A stretch of DNA of 64,000 bases from Promethearchaeati archaeon (lineage in GTDB: Archaea > Asgardarchaeota > Heimdallarchaeia > JABLTI01), in contig JABLTI010000002.1 of assembly GCA_013166835.1 (NCBI GenBank), forward strand, positions 594 to 64,593. The letters run 5' to 3'. The stretch's first letter is position 1; every line of letters begins with the position of its first letter. Under the pieces are notes generated by a model. It saw nothing but the letters and a program-made list of their open reading frames with translations, did no database searches and had not been told where the DNA came from. The translations under genes were made by a program, and so were the position numbers. Of the stretch, positions 1 to 10,900 are shown piece after piece.

Positions 1-210
1 ATCCAAAGACGAGAAAGTGATTCTTCAAGAAAACGTGATGAAGATACTGCTGATGTCTTGTTTGAGCATCAACTCATCAATAAAACCGTTGCTTCAACTA
101 TCTGTCAAAAAACAGGTGCCCTGCTCTCTGTCATAAAAAATGGTCACAGTAAAGCTGCTGAAGCAGGAAAAGAATTGCTTTTACAACTTATGACTTTGAG
201 ACAAGATTAA
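1..210 (+). CDS. C-terminal fragment of an unidentified protein (gene continues left of the window)
   Basis: Frame +1 is open from base 1 to TAA at 208-210 (...GKELLLQLMTLRQD*). No motif I recognise. Confidence 0.35.
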   Translation: MQRRESDSSRKRDEDTADVLFEHQLINKTVASTICQKTGALLSVIKNGHSKAAEAGKELLLQLMTLRQD

Positions 211-362
211 TACCATTATTACCTTTTCCTCATCTATTTTCTACAATCTTGTACTCCTTTTTCTTCTGTTCTTTTAATAGAAAGACCTAACATTTAAAAG
301 GTAAATTATATTATATGACCATAAAATAATGAAAACTAAAGGATAAACAGGTTGTAATTATA

Positions 363-1598
363 ATGGCAGGAATTTGGTTAATAGGTGCTTATGGTGCGGT
401 GTCAACCACAACTATGACTGGTTTGGCAGCAATAAAAGTAGGAGCAGCACCACGAGTACAAGCAGGAATAGTCACAGAAGATCCAGAATGTGATCCCATT
501 AGAAGTAAATTTCCATTAGAGGAAATAGCATTAGGTGGACATGAAGTTAGATTTCTAGATCGAAATGCATTCCAAGCTTCTGAAAAGATCTGGGAGGAAA
601 ATGTTCATTTTAAAAGATCGTTTCTTGATGCCGGAAAGAATGAATTGTCTAAAATAAAAGCTAAAAAAGGAACTGCTATTAATTGTGGTCCAGGTGTAAC
701 TGCTTTAGGTGAACTTGAAACCTTAGAAGGTGAAGGTTTGACTCTTTCTGAAATAGTTGGACGTTTAATGAAGGATTATGAGTCGTTCAAAAACAAAAAT
801 GGTGAAGTATGTGTTATTAATGCTGCATCCACTGAACCTCACATTCCACTCACAGAAGAGCATCAATCATTAGATGCTTTTGAAGGATTGATCGATGAAA
901 ACAAAACTGAAAAAGTAACTGCAAGTATGCTTTACGCTTATGCATCCTTCAAACAAAAAATTCCCTACGGAAACTTTACTCCTTCACATGGTGCAACTGT
1001 TCCAGCAATCAGGGAATTAGCAGTTAAGCAGCAGATGCCTTATATGGGTGATGATGGAAAAACTGGCGAGACTCTTATGAAAACTACTTTAGCTCCCATG
1101 TTTAAGATGAGAAGCCTTAAGATACTTGGTTGGGCTGGATTTAATATTCTTGGTGATGATGATGGGGTCACTTTGAGTAAAGACGCAAATAAGGAAAGTA
1201 AAATTGAAAGTAAAGATAAAGCAATTAGTAGTAGCATTGGTTATTCACCATTTTCAATAACTGAAATCAAGTACTTCCCACCACTAGCTGATCACAAAGT
1301 AGCCTGGGACTATATATCATATCGAGGTTTCTTAGGAACTAAGATGGCTTTGCAATTTACTTGGCATGGAATTGATTCTATCTTAGCCGCACCAGTAGCA
1401 ATAGATATCGCTCGCAGTTTAATGTTTGCAAAATCAAGAGGTGAATTCGGAGCAATTCATGAGTTAGCTTTCTTCTTTAAACATCCAATAGATGATATCA
1501 TTGGAAACACCTTCCTACAATATGAGCTCTATATGAACTGGATCAAAGAAGGAAAGAAAGTTCCGCTTAAAGACATGCAAGCAAAGATTGTAAAATAA
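363..1598 (+). CDS. ino1: myo-inositol-1-phosphate synthase (inositol-3-phosphate synthase)
   Basis: 411-aa ORF. N-terminal dinucleotide-binding start (IWLIGAYGAVSTT). Conserved core GNFTPS...MGDDGKTGETLMKTTLAPMF...LGWAGFNILGDDDG matches the archaeal/bacterial MIPS family as I recall it. Confidence 0.85.
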   Translation: MAGIWLIGAYGAVSTTTMTGLAAIKVGAAPRVQAGIVTEDPECDPIRSKFPLEEIALGGHEVRFLDRNAFQASEKIWEENVHFKRSFLDAGKNELSKIKAKKGTAINCGPGVTALGELETLEGEGLTLSEIVGRLMKDYESFKNKNGEVCVINAASTEPHIPLTEEHQSLDAFEGLIDENKTEKVTASMLYAYASFKQKIPYGNFTPSHGATVPAIRELAVKQQMPYMGDDGKTGETLMKTTLAPMFKMRSLKILGWAGFNILGDDDGVTLSKDANKESKIESKDKAISSSIGYSPFSITEIKYFPPLADHKVAWDYISYRGFLGTKMALQFTWHGIDSILAAPVAIDIARSLMFAKSRGEFGAIHELAFFFKHPIDDIIGNTFLQYELYMNWIKEGKKVPLKDMQAKIVK

Positions 1599-1625
1599 AA
1601 GTCAATGAGTAAGGGATAATCCCTT

Positions 1626-2756
1626 ATGGACTTTCTTTTTTTAGATGAAAAACACAAAAGGAACATCATGAAAAAAAAGAGTCTTGTAGGGTTGATATAT
1701 GTGACTGAAACAAGTGGCTCAGAAAAGGAAGAAATCAAAGATTTGCATCAAATAGAAATGATGCTTAAATCAAATGTAAGTGCAAAAAGAGTTCAAGCAA
1801 TTCATTTACTACGGCAAAATGATTTCCCAGAATCAATTGATCTTTTACAAAATATCGTTTTAACTGATTCTCAAGTTCCAATTCAAGAATTAGCTTTAAT
1901 TTCCTTAGTTGTAACTAACCCACAAAATCTCATGCAATTACTAAAGAAACTATATAATGATTCATCAGAGAAGAAAGAAATTCGCGCTCGCGTAGTTTGG
2001 GCTCTCAGTCAGATCAAAACTGAAGAAGCATTTGAGCTTCTAAAAGAAGCCTTGGATGATAAAACTGAAGAAGTACTCTATTGGGCTATAGTTGGTTCGA
2101 TTTCTTTTGAAAGTTTTCCCGAAGTTTTGTCAAAGATAAGAAAGCTCTTAGCTGATAGTCGTCAATCTTTTATTCGTCAGACTGCTGCTTGGGCATTAGG
2201 ATCAATTCGTGATTCCGATGCGAAAGAATTATTCGAGAAACAATTATTGCATGATCCTCATCCTTCTGTCAAGCTTTTGTGTGCATTAGCTCTAAGTAGA
2301 TTAGATAATTTCACCTCAGTACCAACATTAAGTGAAGCTCTTCAAAAAGATGCTAATGAAATGACTCGAAGAGAAATTGCATATGCACTTGGGTCAATTT
2401 TAGCTTATCAAAAAATCAAATCTCAGAATTTGGAGAACCTCTTAGTAAGAGATTCTATAACAACTGCGGTTCGTTCCCTCTCAAAAACACTCTTGAGAGA
2501 TCAATCTTATATTGTCCGTAGATCTTGTGCTGAAGCATTGGGAAAAATTCGGGATAAATCTGCTGTAAAACATCTCATCAATGCAATGACTATGGACACA
2601 AATCAATTCGTTCGAAGTGAAATTGCTCGTGCTCTAGGTATAATGGGAGATTCCAGTGCAATTGAAATCCTAACTAAAGCATCACGAAGTCAATATCGAA
2701 AAATAGTTGAATCAGCAAAGAAAGCTCTTCAACAAATACGAGAAAGTAGTGAATGA
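1626..2756 (+). CDS. HEAT-repeat (PBS-lyase-like) protein
   Basis: Repeated ~30-aa units of the form VR..A..ALG.I.d..A...L...L.D (e.g. IRARVVWALSQIKTEEAFELLKEAL, VRRSCAEALGKIRDKSAVKHLINAM, VRSEIARALGIMGDSSAIEIL). The start is uncertain (alternative M at 1668). Confidence 0.75.
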   Translation: MDFLFLDEKHKRNIMKKKSLVGLIYVTETSGSEKEEIKDLHQIEMMLKSNVSAKRVQAIHLLRQNDFPESIDLLQNIVLTDSQVPIQELALISLVVTNPQNLMQLLKKLYNDSSEKKEIRARVVWALSQIKTEEAFELLKEALDDKTEEVLYWAIVGSISFESFPEVLSKIRKLLADSRQSFIRQTAAWALGSIRDSDAKELFEKQLLHDPHPSVKLLCALALSRLDNFTSVPTLSEALQKDANEMTRREIAYALGSILAYQKIKSQNLENLLVRDSITTAVRSLSKTLLRDQSYIVRRSCAEALGKIRDKSAVKHLINAMTMDTNQFVRSEIARALGIMGDSSAIEILTKASRSQYRKIVESAKKALQQIRESSE

Positions 2757-2859
2757 GTTTCAAACGTTCATTTTATTTTGAATTTTAAATTAAATCAAAA
2801 CAATTTTAATAGATGGGATAATTGGTAAGTAGAAGCAAGAATCTTGAGTGATTAAGTAG

Positions 2860-4674
2860 ATGCATCCAATTCTAAGAGTATTTAGTTTTATGAAAAGAAA
2901 AACTTGGTTTGCCCTGATTGTAGTTATTTTCTCTGCTATTCTTGATTCTGGTTTTACTCTATTTACTCCTTGGATTATTAAGATTTTAATCAATGATGTC
3001 TTTTATGGAAAGAATTATGATCAAATGATTTTATGGTTACCCATTTATGTTGGTGTAGGTTTATGTGCAGCAATTTTTCGTTTTCTTCAACGATATATTA
3101 ATGAGTACGTCTCGCAATCTCTTATCTTTGATTTGCGAAATCAGTTGTACACAAAAATCCAGAAACAATCAATTGATTTCTTTGATCGAATTGAAACTGG
3201 CCAATTAATCTCTCGAGGAACAAGTGATGTTGAAGCAATTAGACGATTGCTTAGTATAGGTATGCGTATTTTCTTGCGTGCAATCATGCTGTATTTTGGA
3301 ATTTTCATCTCGATTGGTCGAATGGATTGGCAGCTTCTCTTAATTGTTATTGGTATTGCTCCTGTGATGTTTGTAATCATGTTTTCTTATGCGAAACGAG
3401 CAAGACCTCTCATGAGGGAAATTCAGAATAAATTCGGAGATATGAATTCAGTTCTAGCAGAAAATGTTTATGGTGCTCAAGTTGTTAGAGCTTTCGCTGC
3501 AGAAGATTTTGAAGTTAGAAAATTTGAAGATGAAAACCAATTATATCTTGATTTGAATATGAGGATGGCTCGGTTACGGGCTTTTCTAACAACTATCTTT
3601 CCATTTGTACTTGGTCTTGGTTCTTTTTTCCTTCTGTATTTTGGAGGAAAAAGTGTTATCACTGGAAACCTCCTTGTTGGTGATTTAATTGCAATTAATA
3701 GTTTCTTGATCTTAATGCAGATGCCTACTCGATTCCTCTCATTTGCAATTCTCCATTTTCAAGAGGGAACAGCTTCACTCAACAGAATATTTGAGATTAC
3801 AGACATGGAGAAGAAGATACAAGAAAAATCTGATGCTATTGAAATGCCTAAAATAGCTGGCTTAATATCTTTTGAAGGAGTAACTTTTGCTTATGTAGAA
3901 GATAATCCTCCTGTTCTCAAGAATATTAATTTAGAAATCCCCGCAGGGGAAACTGTCGCGTTTCTTGGAACAACAGGGTCCGGTAAAAGTACAATTGTAA
4001 GTTTAGTTCCAAGATTTTATGATCCTCAGGAAGGTTCTGTGAAAATTGATGGAATTAATATTAAGGATGTAAAAATTGATTCTTTGCGACAGCAAATTGC
4101 TATCGTTCAACAAGAAGCTTTTCTTTTTGCTCGGACAGTTAAAGAGAATATTGCTTTTGGGAAACCAGATGCTACAGACGAAGAAATCATCCGAGTAGCC
4201 AAAATCGCTCAAGCTGATGAGTTTATAACCACATTTCCAGATGGTTATGATACCGTTGTAGGCGAACGAGGAGTTACACTTTCCGGTGGACAAAAACAAA
4301 GGCTTACAATTGCTCGAGCATTACTGCTAAATAATCCTCTCTTAATAATGGATGATTCTTCGAGTGCTCTTGATTTTGAGACGGAACATCAATTCCAAAA
4401 TGCAATTGATGAATTGATTAAAAACAGAACTACTTTGGTAATCACTCAAAGATTGTCAACGATTAAATATGCAACTTTAATCATAGTTATGGATAAAGGG
4501 GAAATTGTTGAACAAGGCACTCATGAAAAATTACTTGAGAAAGGTGGATTATACAGACATTTGTATGAAACTCAACTATTGGAACAAGAATATCTCACAA
4601 TAAATGAGATGTCTCAAATCTCTAGTGAAGAAGCCACATCTGTCATCAAAGAAAGTACTGGAGGTAAAAAATAA
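2860..4674 (+). CDS. ABC exporter, fused permease/ATPase half-transporter (MsbA/multidrug type)
   Basis: Six predicted TM helices, then Walker A GTTGSGKST, signature LSGGQKQR and Walker B LLIMDDSSSALD. The stop overlaps the start of the next half-transporter (TAATG at 4672-4676). Confidence 0.9.
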   Translation: MHPILRVFSFMKRKTWFALIVVIFSAILDSGFTLFTPWIIKILINDVFYGKNYDQMILWLPIYVGVGLCAAIFRFLQRYINEYVSQSLIFDLRNQLYTKIQKQSIDFFDRIETGQLISRGTSDVEAIRRLLSIGMRIFLRAIMLYFGIFISIGRMDWQLLLIVIGIAPVMFVIMFSYAKRARPLMREIQNKFGDMNSVLAENVYGAQVVRAFAAEDFEVRKFEDENQLYLDLNMRMARLRAFLTTIFPFVLGLGSFFLLYFGGKSVITGNLLVGDLIAINSFLILMQMPTRFLSFAILHFQEGTASLNRIFEITDMEKKIQEKSDAIEMPKIAGLISFEGVTFAYVEDNPPVLKNINLEIPAGETVAFLGTTGSGKSTIVSLVPRFYDPQEGSVKIDGINIKDVKIDSLRQQIAIVQQEAFLFARTVKENIAFGKPDATDEEIIRVAKIAQADEFITTFPDGYDTVVGERGVTLSGGQKQRLTIARALLLNNPLLIMDDSSSALDFETEHQFQNAIDELIKNRTTLVITQRLSTIKYATLIIVMDKGEIVEQGTHEKLLEKGGLYRHLYETQLLEQEYLTINEMSQISSEEATSVIKESTGGKK

Positions 4675-6548
4675 TGGGTTGGAGAAGAAGCGGTCACTTT
4701 GGCTCTTTAATAGAAGATGAAGAAAAGAAAGAAAGACCAAAAATTGCCTCAGACTGGGTCTTAGCAAAATGGATTTTGAAATACCTCTTTAGAGATTTCA
4801 AAGTATTAGCTATTGCGGCTCTTTTCTTAGTTACAATTGGTTCTGTCCTTGCCTTAGCCTCTCCAAAAATAATTCAATGGTTAATAGATGGTGTTTTTGA
4901 CAAAAACATCTTAACCAATGAGGAAAAGTTTCTCCATTTACTTTACTTAACCTTAATGCTTTTAGCTGTTGCATTAATTACTGCAGTAATACAGATTTTT
5001 AGAACAATTCTCTTGTATAAAATTGGATATAACACTGTGAAGAAAATTAGAACAGATACATTTACTCACTTGCAAAGTTTGTCTCTCAAATATTTTGATA
5101 CTCAGGAATCTGGGAGATTAATTTCAAAAGTAACAAATGATTGTGATAAAATCAATGAGCTTATGAGTGGTGGAATTATTACTTCTCTCATTGATTTCTT
5201 AACTTTGATTGGAATTTCAATTATGTTGCTTGTTATGAATTGGCAATTAGCTCTTTGGTGCTTTTTATTCACTATCCCTACTACTCTTCTCATTAGTTTC
5301 TTCTTTAGAAGACGTGCTCGAAAAGCATATAGAAAGACAAGAAAAACAATCGCAAATGTGACAGCTAATCTCTCAGAAAGCATCTCAGGTGTTAGAGTAT
5401 CAAAATCCTTCACACGTGAAACAAGGAATATACAGGAATTTCGTACTGTTAATGAAGAGAACAGAGTGGCAAATATGAAAGCAGTTGCTGTTTTTGCTAC
5501 AACATTCCCATTATTTAATTTCATGGCATCAGCTGTAGTTGGATTTGTATATCTCTACAGTGGGACAACATTGATTTTTGGCTCAACAGCCATATTCAAA
5601 GCTATAACCATTGGTACTGCAATTGCCTTCACTCAGTATATTGGCAACTTTTTCAGACCTATTCTAAATCTTACAATGTTCTACAACACTTTCCAATCAA
5701 CCATGGCAGCAACAGAAAGGGTTTACGAGTTAAATCATACAACATCTGATGTTGTAGAAAAAGAGGATGCTTTTGTGTTACCAGAAATAAAAGGGCATGT
5801 CTCTTTTGAAAAAGTTGATTTCGCCTATAAGGAAAATGAACCTGTACTGAAGAAATTTAGTTTGGAGGTAAAACCAGGGGAAACTATTGCTATAGTTGGT
5901 CCAACGGGTTCAGGAAAAACGACGATTATTAATTTATTATCTAGGTTTTATGAGATACAAAATGGAACAATCCAAATTGATGGTCATAATATTCAAGATG
6001 TTACCTTAGACTCTATACATAGTCAAATGGGAATTGTGCTTCAGGATCCTTATTTATTCTCTGGAACTATTGCTGAAAATATAATTTTCAATCAAAAAGA
6101 AGTTCCATTTGCTGAGATACAAGTTGCAGCTGAATCTGTTAATGCTCATGAATTTATTGAACGGATGCCTAAAGGTTATGATACTGAAGTGGGTGAACGA
6201 GGAAGCAAATTATCAGTAGGTCAGAGACAATTGATTTCATTTGCTCGAGCATTATTACCTAATCCAAAAATCTTGGTTCTCGATGAAGCAACCTCTTCTG
6301 TTGATCCATATACTGAAATTCTGATTAAACAAGCTCTAAACAAACTTCTTTATGGTCGAACCTCTTTCATTATTGCTCATAGATTATCAACAGTTAGAAC
6401 TGCAGACAGGATTATAGTCATTAAGGATGGCGAAATTATCGAAGAAGGGTCTAATGATGTTCTTCTCGCTAAGAAAGGAGAATATTATCGCTTATACCAA
6501 TTACAATTCAAGGATCAAGAAAACGGATCTAATAATAACAACTTGTAA
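4674..6548 (+). CDS. ABC exporter, fused permease/ATPase half-transporter (heterodimer partner)
   Basis: TM domain plus Walker A GPTGSGKTT, signature LSVGQRQL and Walker B ILVLDEATSSVD. Translationally coupled to the upstream paralog. Confidence 0.9.
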   Translation: MGWRRSGHFGSLIEDEEKKERPKIASDWVLAKWILKYLFRDFKVLAIAALFLVTIGSVLALASPKIIQWLIDGVFDKNILTNEEKFLHLLYLTLMLLAVALITAVIQIFRTILLYKIGYNTVKKIRTDTFTHLQSLSLKYFDTQESGRLISKVTNDCDKINELMSGGIITSLIDFLTLIGISIMLLVMNWQLALWCFLFTIPTTLLISFFFRRRARKAYRKTRKTIANVTANLSESISGVRVSKSFTRETRNIQEFRTVNEENRVANMKAVAVFATTFPLFNFMASAVVGFVYLYSGTTLIFGSTAIFKAITIGTAIAFTQYIGNFFRPILNLTMFYNTFQSTMAATERVYELNHTTSDVVEKEDAFVLPEIKGHVSFEKVDFAYKENEPVLKKFSLEVKPGETIAIVGPTGSGKTTIINLLSRFYEIQNGTIQIDGHNIQDVTLDSIHSQMGIVLQDPYLFSGTIAENIIFNQKEVPFAEIQVAAESVNAHEFIERMPKGYDTEVGERGSKLSVGQRQLISFARALLPNPKILVLDEATSSVDPYTEILIKQALNKLLYGRTSFIIAHRLSTVRTADRIIVIKDGEIIEEGSNDVLLAKKGEYYRLYQLQFKDQENGSNNNNL

Positions 6549-6604
6549 GTTTAAATTAACTTGATATAGCGAAAATTTAAATCTAAATTCTCTGGTGAAT
6601 ATAA

Positions 6605-7990
6605 ATGGAAGAAGAAAAAAATCGTACATTGAAAGAACTTCTACCACCTGTGAATTTGTTACCTTTACTATTTTCATATACTATAGATCACATAGCTGTT
6701 TCATCTTATTGGATATTTTTCGGTATTTTTCTTAGTGAAGAAATTTCTGATTCATATCTAGATGTCGCAGTTATTCTAGCAATCCCAGCTATAATATCTG
6801 TTTTTGGAACTACAGTACTTAGTTCCTTTTCAGATAAAACTGGTCGTCGAAAACTATTGATATTTGTCGCAAAAATCGCATTAATGATGCAGTATGTCTT
6901 GTTATTGCTTTTTGGGACAAAAGTCTGGAATATATTGCTAATTCTTACACTCTTTGGTATTTTCGCTCAAATCTATTATACTCAAGTTAGTGCACTTATT
7001 ACTATTATTTGTCCACCAGATAAAAAAGGACAAGTCTCAAGTTATCTAATATTTTTCGCCAGCTTAGGATGGATGATTGGTAGTAGTTTATCAGATATAA
7101 TTTATGATTGGCAGGGAATTACTGGTAGTCTTGGATTTGCTGCTGGTTTTGCTCTAGTTGCAGGTCTAATAGCAATGCTTTCAACTTCGAAACCTTATAG
7201 TAAACAAGTTGAAGTAGATCATGCTGAAATTACTCATGAAAAGGAAATTAAGACATGGGTTTTGGATCATAAACCTCGGATAGTTGAACCTATAAAATCC
7301 ACAGAGAAATACGCATCATACTTTGAGATTTTCAAAAGACGGAAAATACTAGTTCTTTTATTAACGCTAGCTATTTTGGATTTCGGATTTGGTCCATTTA
7401 ATGTTATAAGTTCTGTTTATATGAAGAATGTTTATTTGACGCATTTCGGTGATGAGATCTTGGCAAATACCTTAATAGCCAAATCAAACACAATAGCAAC
7501 AGTTCTTGGTATGGTTATATTATTTACCAGTGGTTCAATCCTGGATAGAACAGGACGTAAACCAATCATTATCTTTTCGATTCTTTGTTATCCAATTCTG
7601 TATACGTTTATGTTCTTCTTTTCGAGTCATCCTTGGGCATTGTTTGCAATATATTTGTATCCTCTTTATGCATTGAAAGCTCCTACAGCAAATACAATTA
7701 TGGCAGATTTGACTTCAGATAATGAACGAGGAAGAGGTATAAGTTTAGTTCAAATAGAACAAATTGTCTTTGGGAACTTAGGTGCAATATTAGGTTGTTA
7801 TATTGCTGATATCTTTCCAGGCGATTTAATTCCACGATTTGTTCCAGAGGGTATATATATAATTCCAATATTCCCGATGGTACTTGGTCTTGTAGCACTA
7901 TTATTATCGATATTTCTAATAAAAGAATCAAATCCAAAAGTACTTGCTAAAATTGCTGGAATAGAAAAAATGAGTGTCGGCCCTAAATAA
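6605..7990 (+). CDS. MFS-type transporter
   Basis: About 12 hydrophobic helices in two halves split by a charged loop. MFS-like loop motifs SDKTGRRK and LDRTGRKP follow TM2 and TM8. Confidence 0.75.
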   Translation: MEEEKNRTLKELLPPVNLLPLLFSYTIDHIAVSSYWIFFGIFLSEEISDSYLDVAVILAIPAIISVFGTTVLSSFSDKTGRRKLLIFVAKIALMMQYVLLLLFGTKVWNILLILTLFGIFAQIYYTQVSALITIICPPDKKGQVSSYLIFFASLGWMIGSSLSDIIYDWQGITGSLGFAAGFALVAGLIAMLSTSKPYSKQVEVDHAEITHEKEIKTWVLDHKPRIVEPIKSTEKYASYFEIFKRRKILVLLLTLAILDFGFGPFNVISSVYMKNVYLTHFGDEILANTLIAKSNTIATVLGMVILFTSGSILDRTGRKPIIIFSILCYPILYTFMFFFSSHPWALFAIYLYPLYALKAPTANTIMADLTSDNERGRGISLVQIEQIVFGNLGAILGCYIADIFPGDLIPRFVPEGIYIIPIFPMVLGLVALLLSIFLIKESNPKVLAKIAGIEKMSVGPK

Positions 7991-10900
7991 TTAAGAGCCA
8001 ATTGCACTTTCAACTACTTCTTCACAGGAAATTTCGCGAAGTATTTCTTTGATAATATCAGGTGGGATACGCATTTCATTTGCAACTTGCATTGGATCAA
8101 AAATCGCTGCTTTCTTTCGCTCGCGATTCAAGATGAGGGAAATTTCAGCTTTCAACCTATCTGAGGAATAGAACGTTTTTTGATCATTATCAAGAATTCC
8201 CATATAGAGTGATGATAAGAATTCTCTTCGGACAATTGAAACAGAATCATTATGCTGAATACTAAATTCTTTTGTGATTGCTTCTAAATCAATTCTACCC
8301 CAAAGTTGGTATTCAGAGTAGAAGTACGAACGAATAGCTTGGATTTTATTTAATGATATGAAGACATCTTTGTTAATTGGTTGTCCTTCGATTTTTCTAG
8401 CAATGATTAGACTTTCAAGTAAATAATCTGAGAGTGGTAGTGATCTATCTGTTGATGAGAAGAGTGTTCGGTCGAATGTTCCTTTCTGTGACAGATCATA
8501 TATTATTCTGTTTTTAGTAGAGCTCATTATTTTCCTAAGCCTACCATGCGAAATGAAAGGAAGAGAAGCTATCAAGTCCCACGCAGCACCAACCTTTGAT
8601 GAATTTACTAACTTTAGGGTTCTAGCAATTGTCTTTGTGAACTTAGATTTCTTTAATTCAGCAAGCTCCATAATTCGTATGAAAATTGTTTCAAGCGAAT
8701 CCATGTCACAACCTGCCATTCTATTTACAGCAGTTTTTGTTAATAATTCAATAACAACTGTCTCAACATTCTTTCTTGTTTTCATTAATCGTAAGAATTT
8801 TAAAATTGCATTATCGTAAGCATTTGCTGCATCTTTGTTTGCTCCGATATCTTCGAAAATTTTTCCAGCTAATGCGATGAATTTTGTAGAAAGGTGTACT
8901 GGAATACGTGGTTGATCTATAAACGCAATACCTCTATTGAAGCATTTATTAGCAATTTCGTGTGCTTTCTGGAAATTTCTTACTCTTACTGCAGAATCTG
9001 ATGCAATTTTATAGCATTTATATGCAATATTTACATCTGCATCCCATTCTCGTGTTTGAAAGATTCGATTAATTAATCGATTTGAGCTTTCATCATCGTT
9101 TGCTTTATCAAAAGCTTCCACAGCTATTTCATAAAAGGTCATGGATTCAGGGATTTTTGTTTCTGTGACTAATCTGTCTCCTGCACTCAATGCAAAAAGC
9201 CCTATGTTTTTCAATTCTGTTGCCATAGATAATTTTTCATTGAGTTTCAAAGAGCTATCTAAGAAACTTATTGAATCACTATATTTCTTCTTCTCAAATT
9301 GTGCTTGAGCTGTTTTGAAGGAGGTTTCTGCAACTTCATTTGCTACATCAGAATTTCTTAAATCAATTAAAAGCAGAGCAGTGTGTTTCAAACGATAAGC
9401 TGCATCTTTATTCGCTCTTCTAAAAAGCTTCTGGAAGTCCCTTTGGTTATCAGTCAATTCCCTCTCAATAGCAGTTTGATTCTTTGATAATGTCAGAACT
9501 CGCATACATAATTCTACAATTTTCTTTCCTAGCGCATAATTATTATCATCTTTGCTTTCTTTTTCACCGAAAGAAATGATTGATTTTATGTAATCCGAAA
9601 TAACTTTGTAATCCACTTCTGCTCTATTTGAGTGTGGGACTTCAAATGCTTCAAGTCCTTCTATTATGTCTTCCAAAGTAGTTTGGGTAGTTCTTGCATT
9701 ATTTGTTGATAGTTGCTTGGCAAAATCTAGTAATGCTAGAACAACTGTTGTCATTAATGAGTCATTCTGTGTTTGAACCGCAATATCACGACTAGTTAAT
9801 AATGCATCATATCCTCTCACAGATTGCATATTAATAATCAAATCTTTAGATCCTAGCTTGAGAAATTCCTTCCCAACTTTTTCTATTGCATCCATATTTT
9901 GAACTTCTTGAAACATCTGGTAACAATAGCCTAGCAATTTGTATCTAATATCTAGGTCTGATTCTTGATCTAGAATTAATAATTGTTCAAAAGATTCACT
10001 GCCAATTAACGATAATAATTGCTGGCTTTCCGCATCTCTTGCTAATCTAATTGCAAAATCTAAGAAATAGAATCCTAATTGTGGTTTATTTAACATTATA
10101 TCTGCATTCGCTCTCTTAGTTAAAATTGATATTAGTTGATTGATTTTTTCTTCTTGTTTTGTTGCTTTAAAGAACTGCATAGCATCTCGAGTTATTTTAC
10201 CAATCATATTCCATTCGACATCTAGTGTTATTTTTATTCCTACTATGTAGGTTTCTGAAACATATGGTAGAAGCGCTCTTTTCGAGATATCGTGATTTCC
10301 CACAATCTCCAAAACCTTGGCACCTGCAATTGAATTCTTCTTACTAATTATATCGATAGCAAGTTTCAATGACAAATCAATAATCCTCTTAATTTCCTCT
10401 GGGTCTGGACTGCTATTCGCTAGATCTAAAGCTCTATTCAAGAAGAAAATTCCAATAGATGATTTTCTATTTGGTAAGAATTGGTTTGCAGCAGAAAGGT
10501 AAATACTAACAATTATTGCGAGAAGATCAAATCTGGAAATTTTCTCAACTAGTAATCTACCTTTCTCTAGAATATGAACGGCTTTAGTTAATTCATTTCC
10601 TTCCAAAAATCTTCTTGCTGATTCAAGAATTTGTTTTGTTGTCCCTACAGCACGCTCAATATTTTTATCTTTAAGATAAAGCTCAACTGCTTTTTGTGCA
10701 TTCTTGACAGCTTCATTTGCCTTACCTACACTTAGATGATTTCCAATAACTGTAGATGAAGTCTCTCCTGCTTTTGTATAAGCACCTGCTTTTTCAAAAA
10801 TTGTTACAGCTAGTTCATAAATATCATTTGCTTTTTCCAAGTCACTCTGAGCTAATTCAACAGCTTTAGCAAGTGTAATATCGCCAAGTTCATTACAACC

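Noticed and set aside
5102-5524. 140-aa minus-strand ORF inside the second ABC exporter gene. Similar antisense ORFs occur at 1040-1237, 3141-3380, 4003-4299, 8553-8819, 13275-13593, 13972-14390, 16479-16978, 21433-21804, 22138-22395, 22611-22931, 24085-24294, 24539-24997, 33380-33622, 37149-37391, 43327-43539, 45098-45364, 51461-51775, 53414-53692, 54018-54431, 55166-55859 and 59523-59756.
   Set aside because: Each lies fully within a longer ORF on the opposite strand that has clear family motifs. Their translations are low-complexity, Ile/Leu/Ser/Phe-rich strings, as expected for shadow frames in AT-rich DNA, and none has a ribosome-binding motif.
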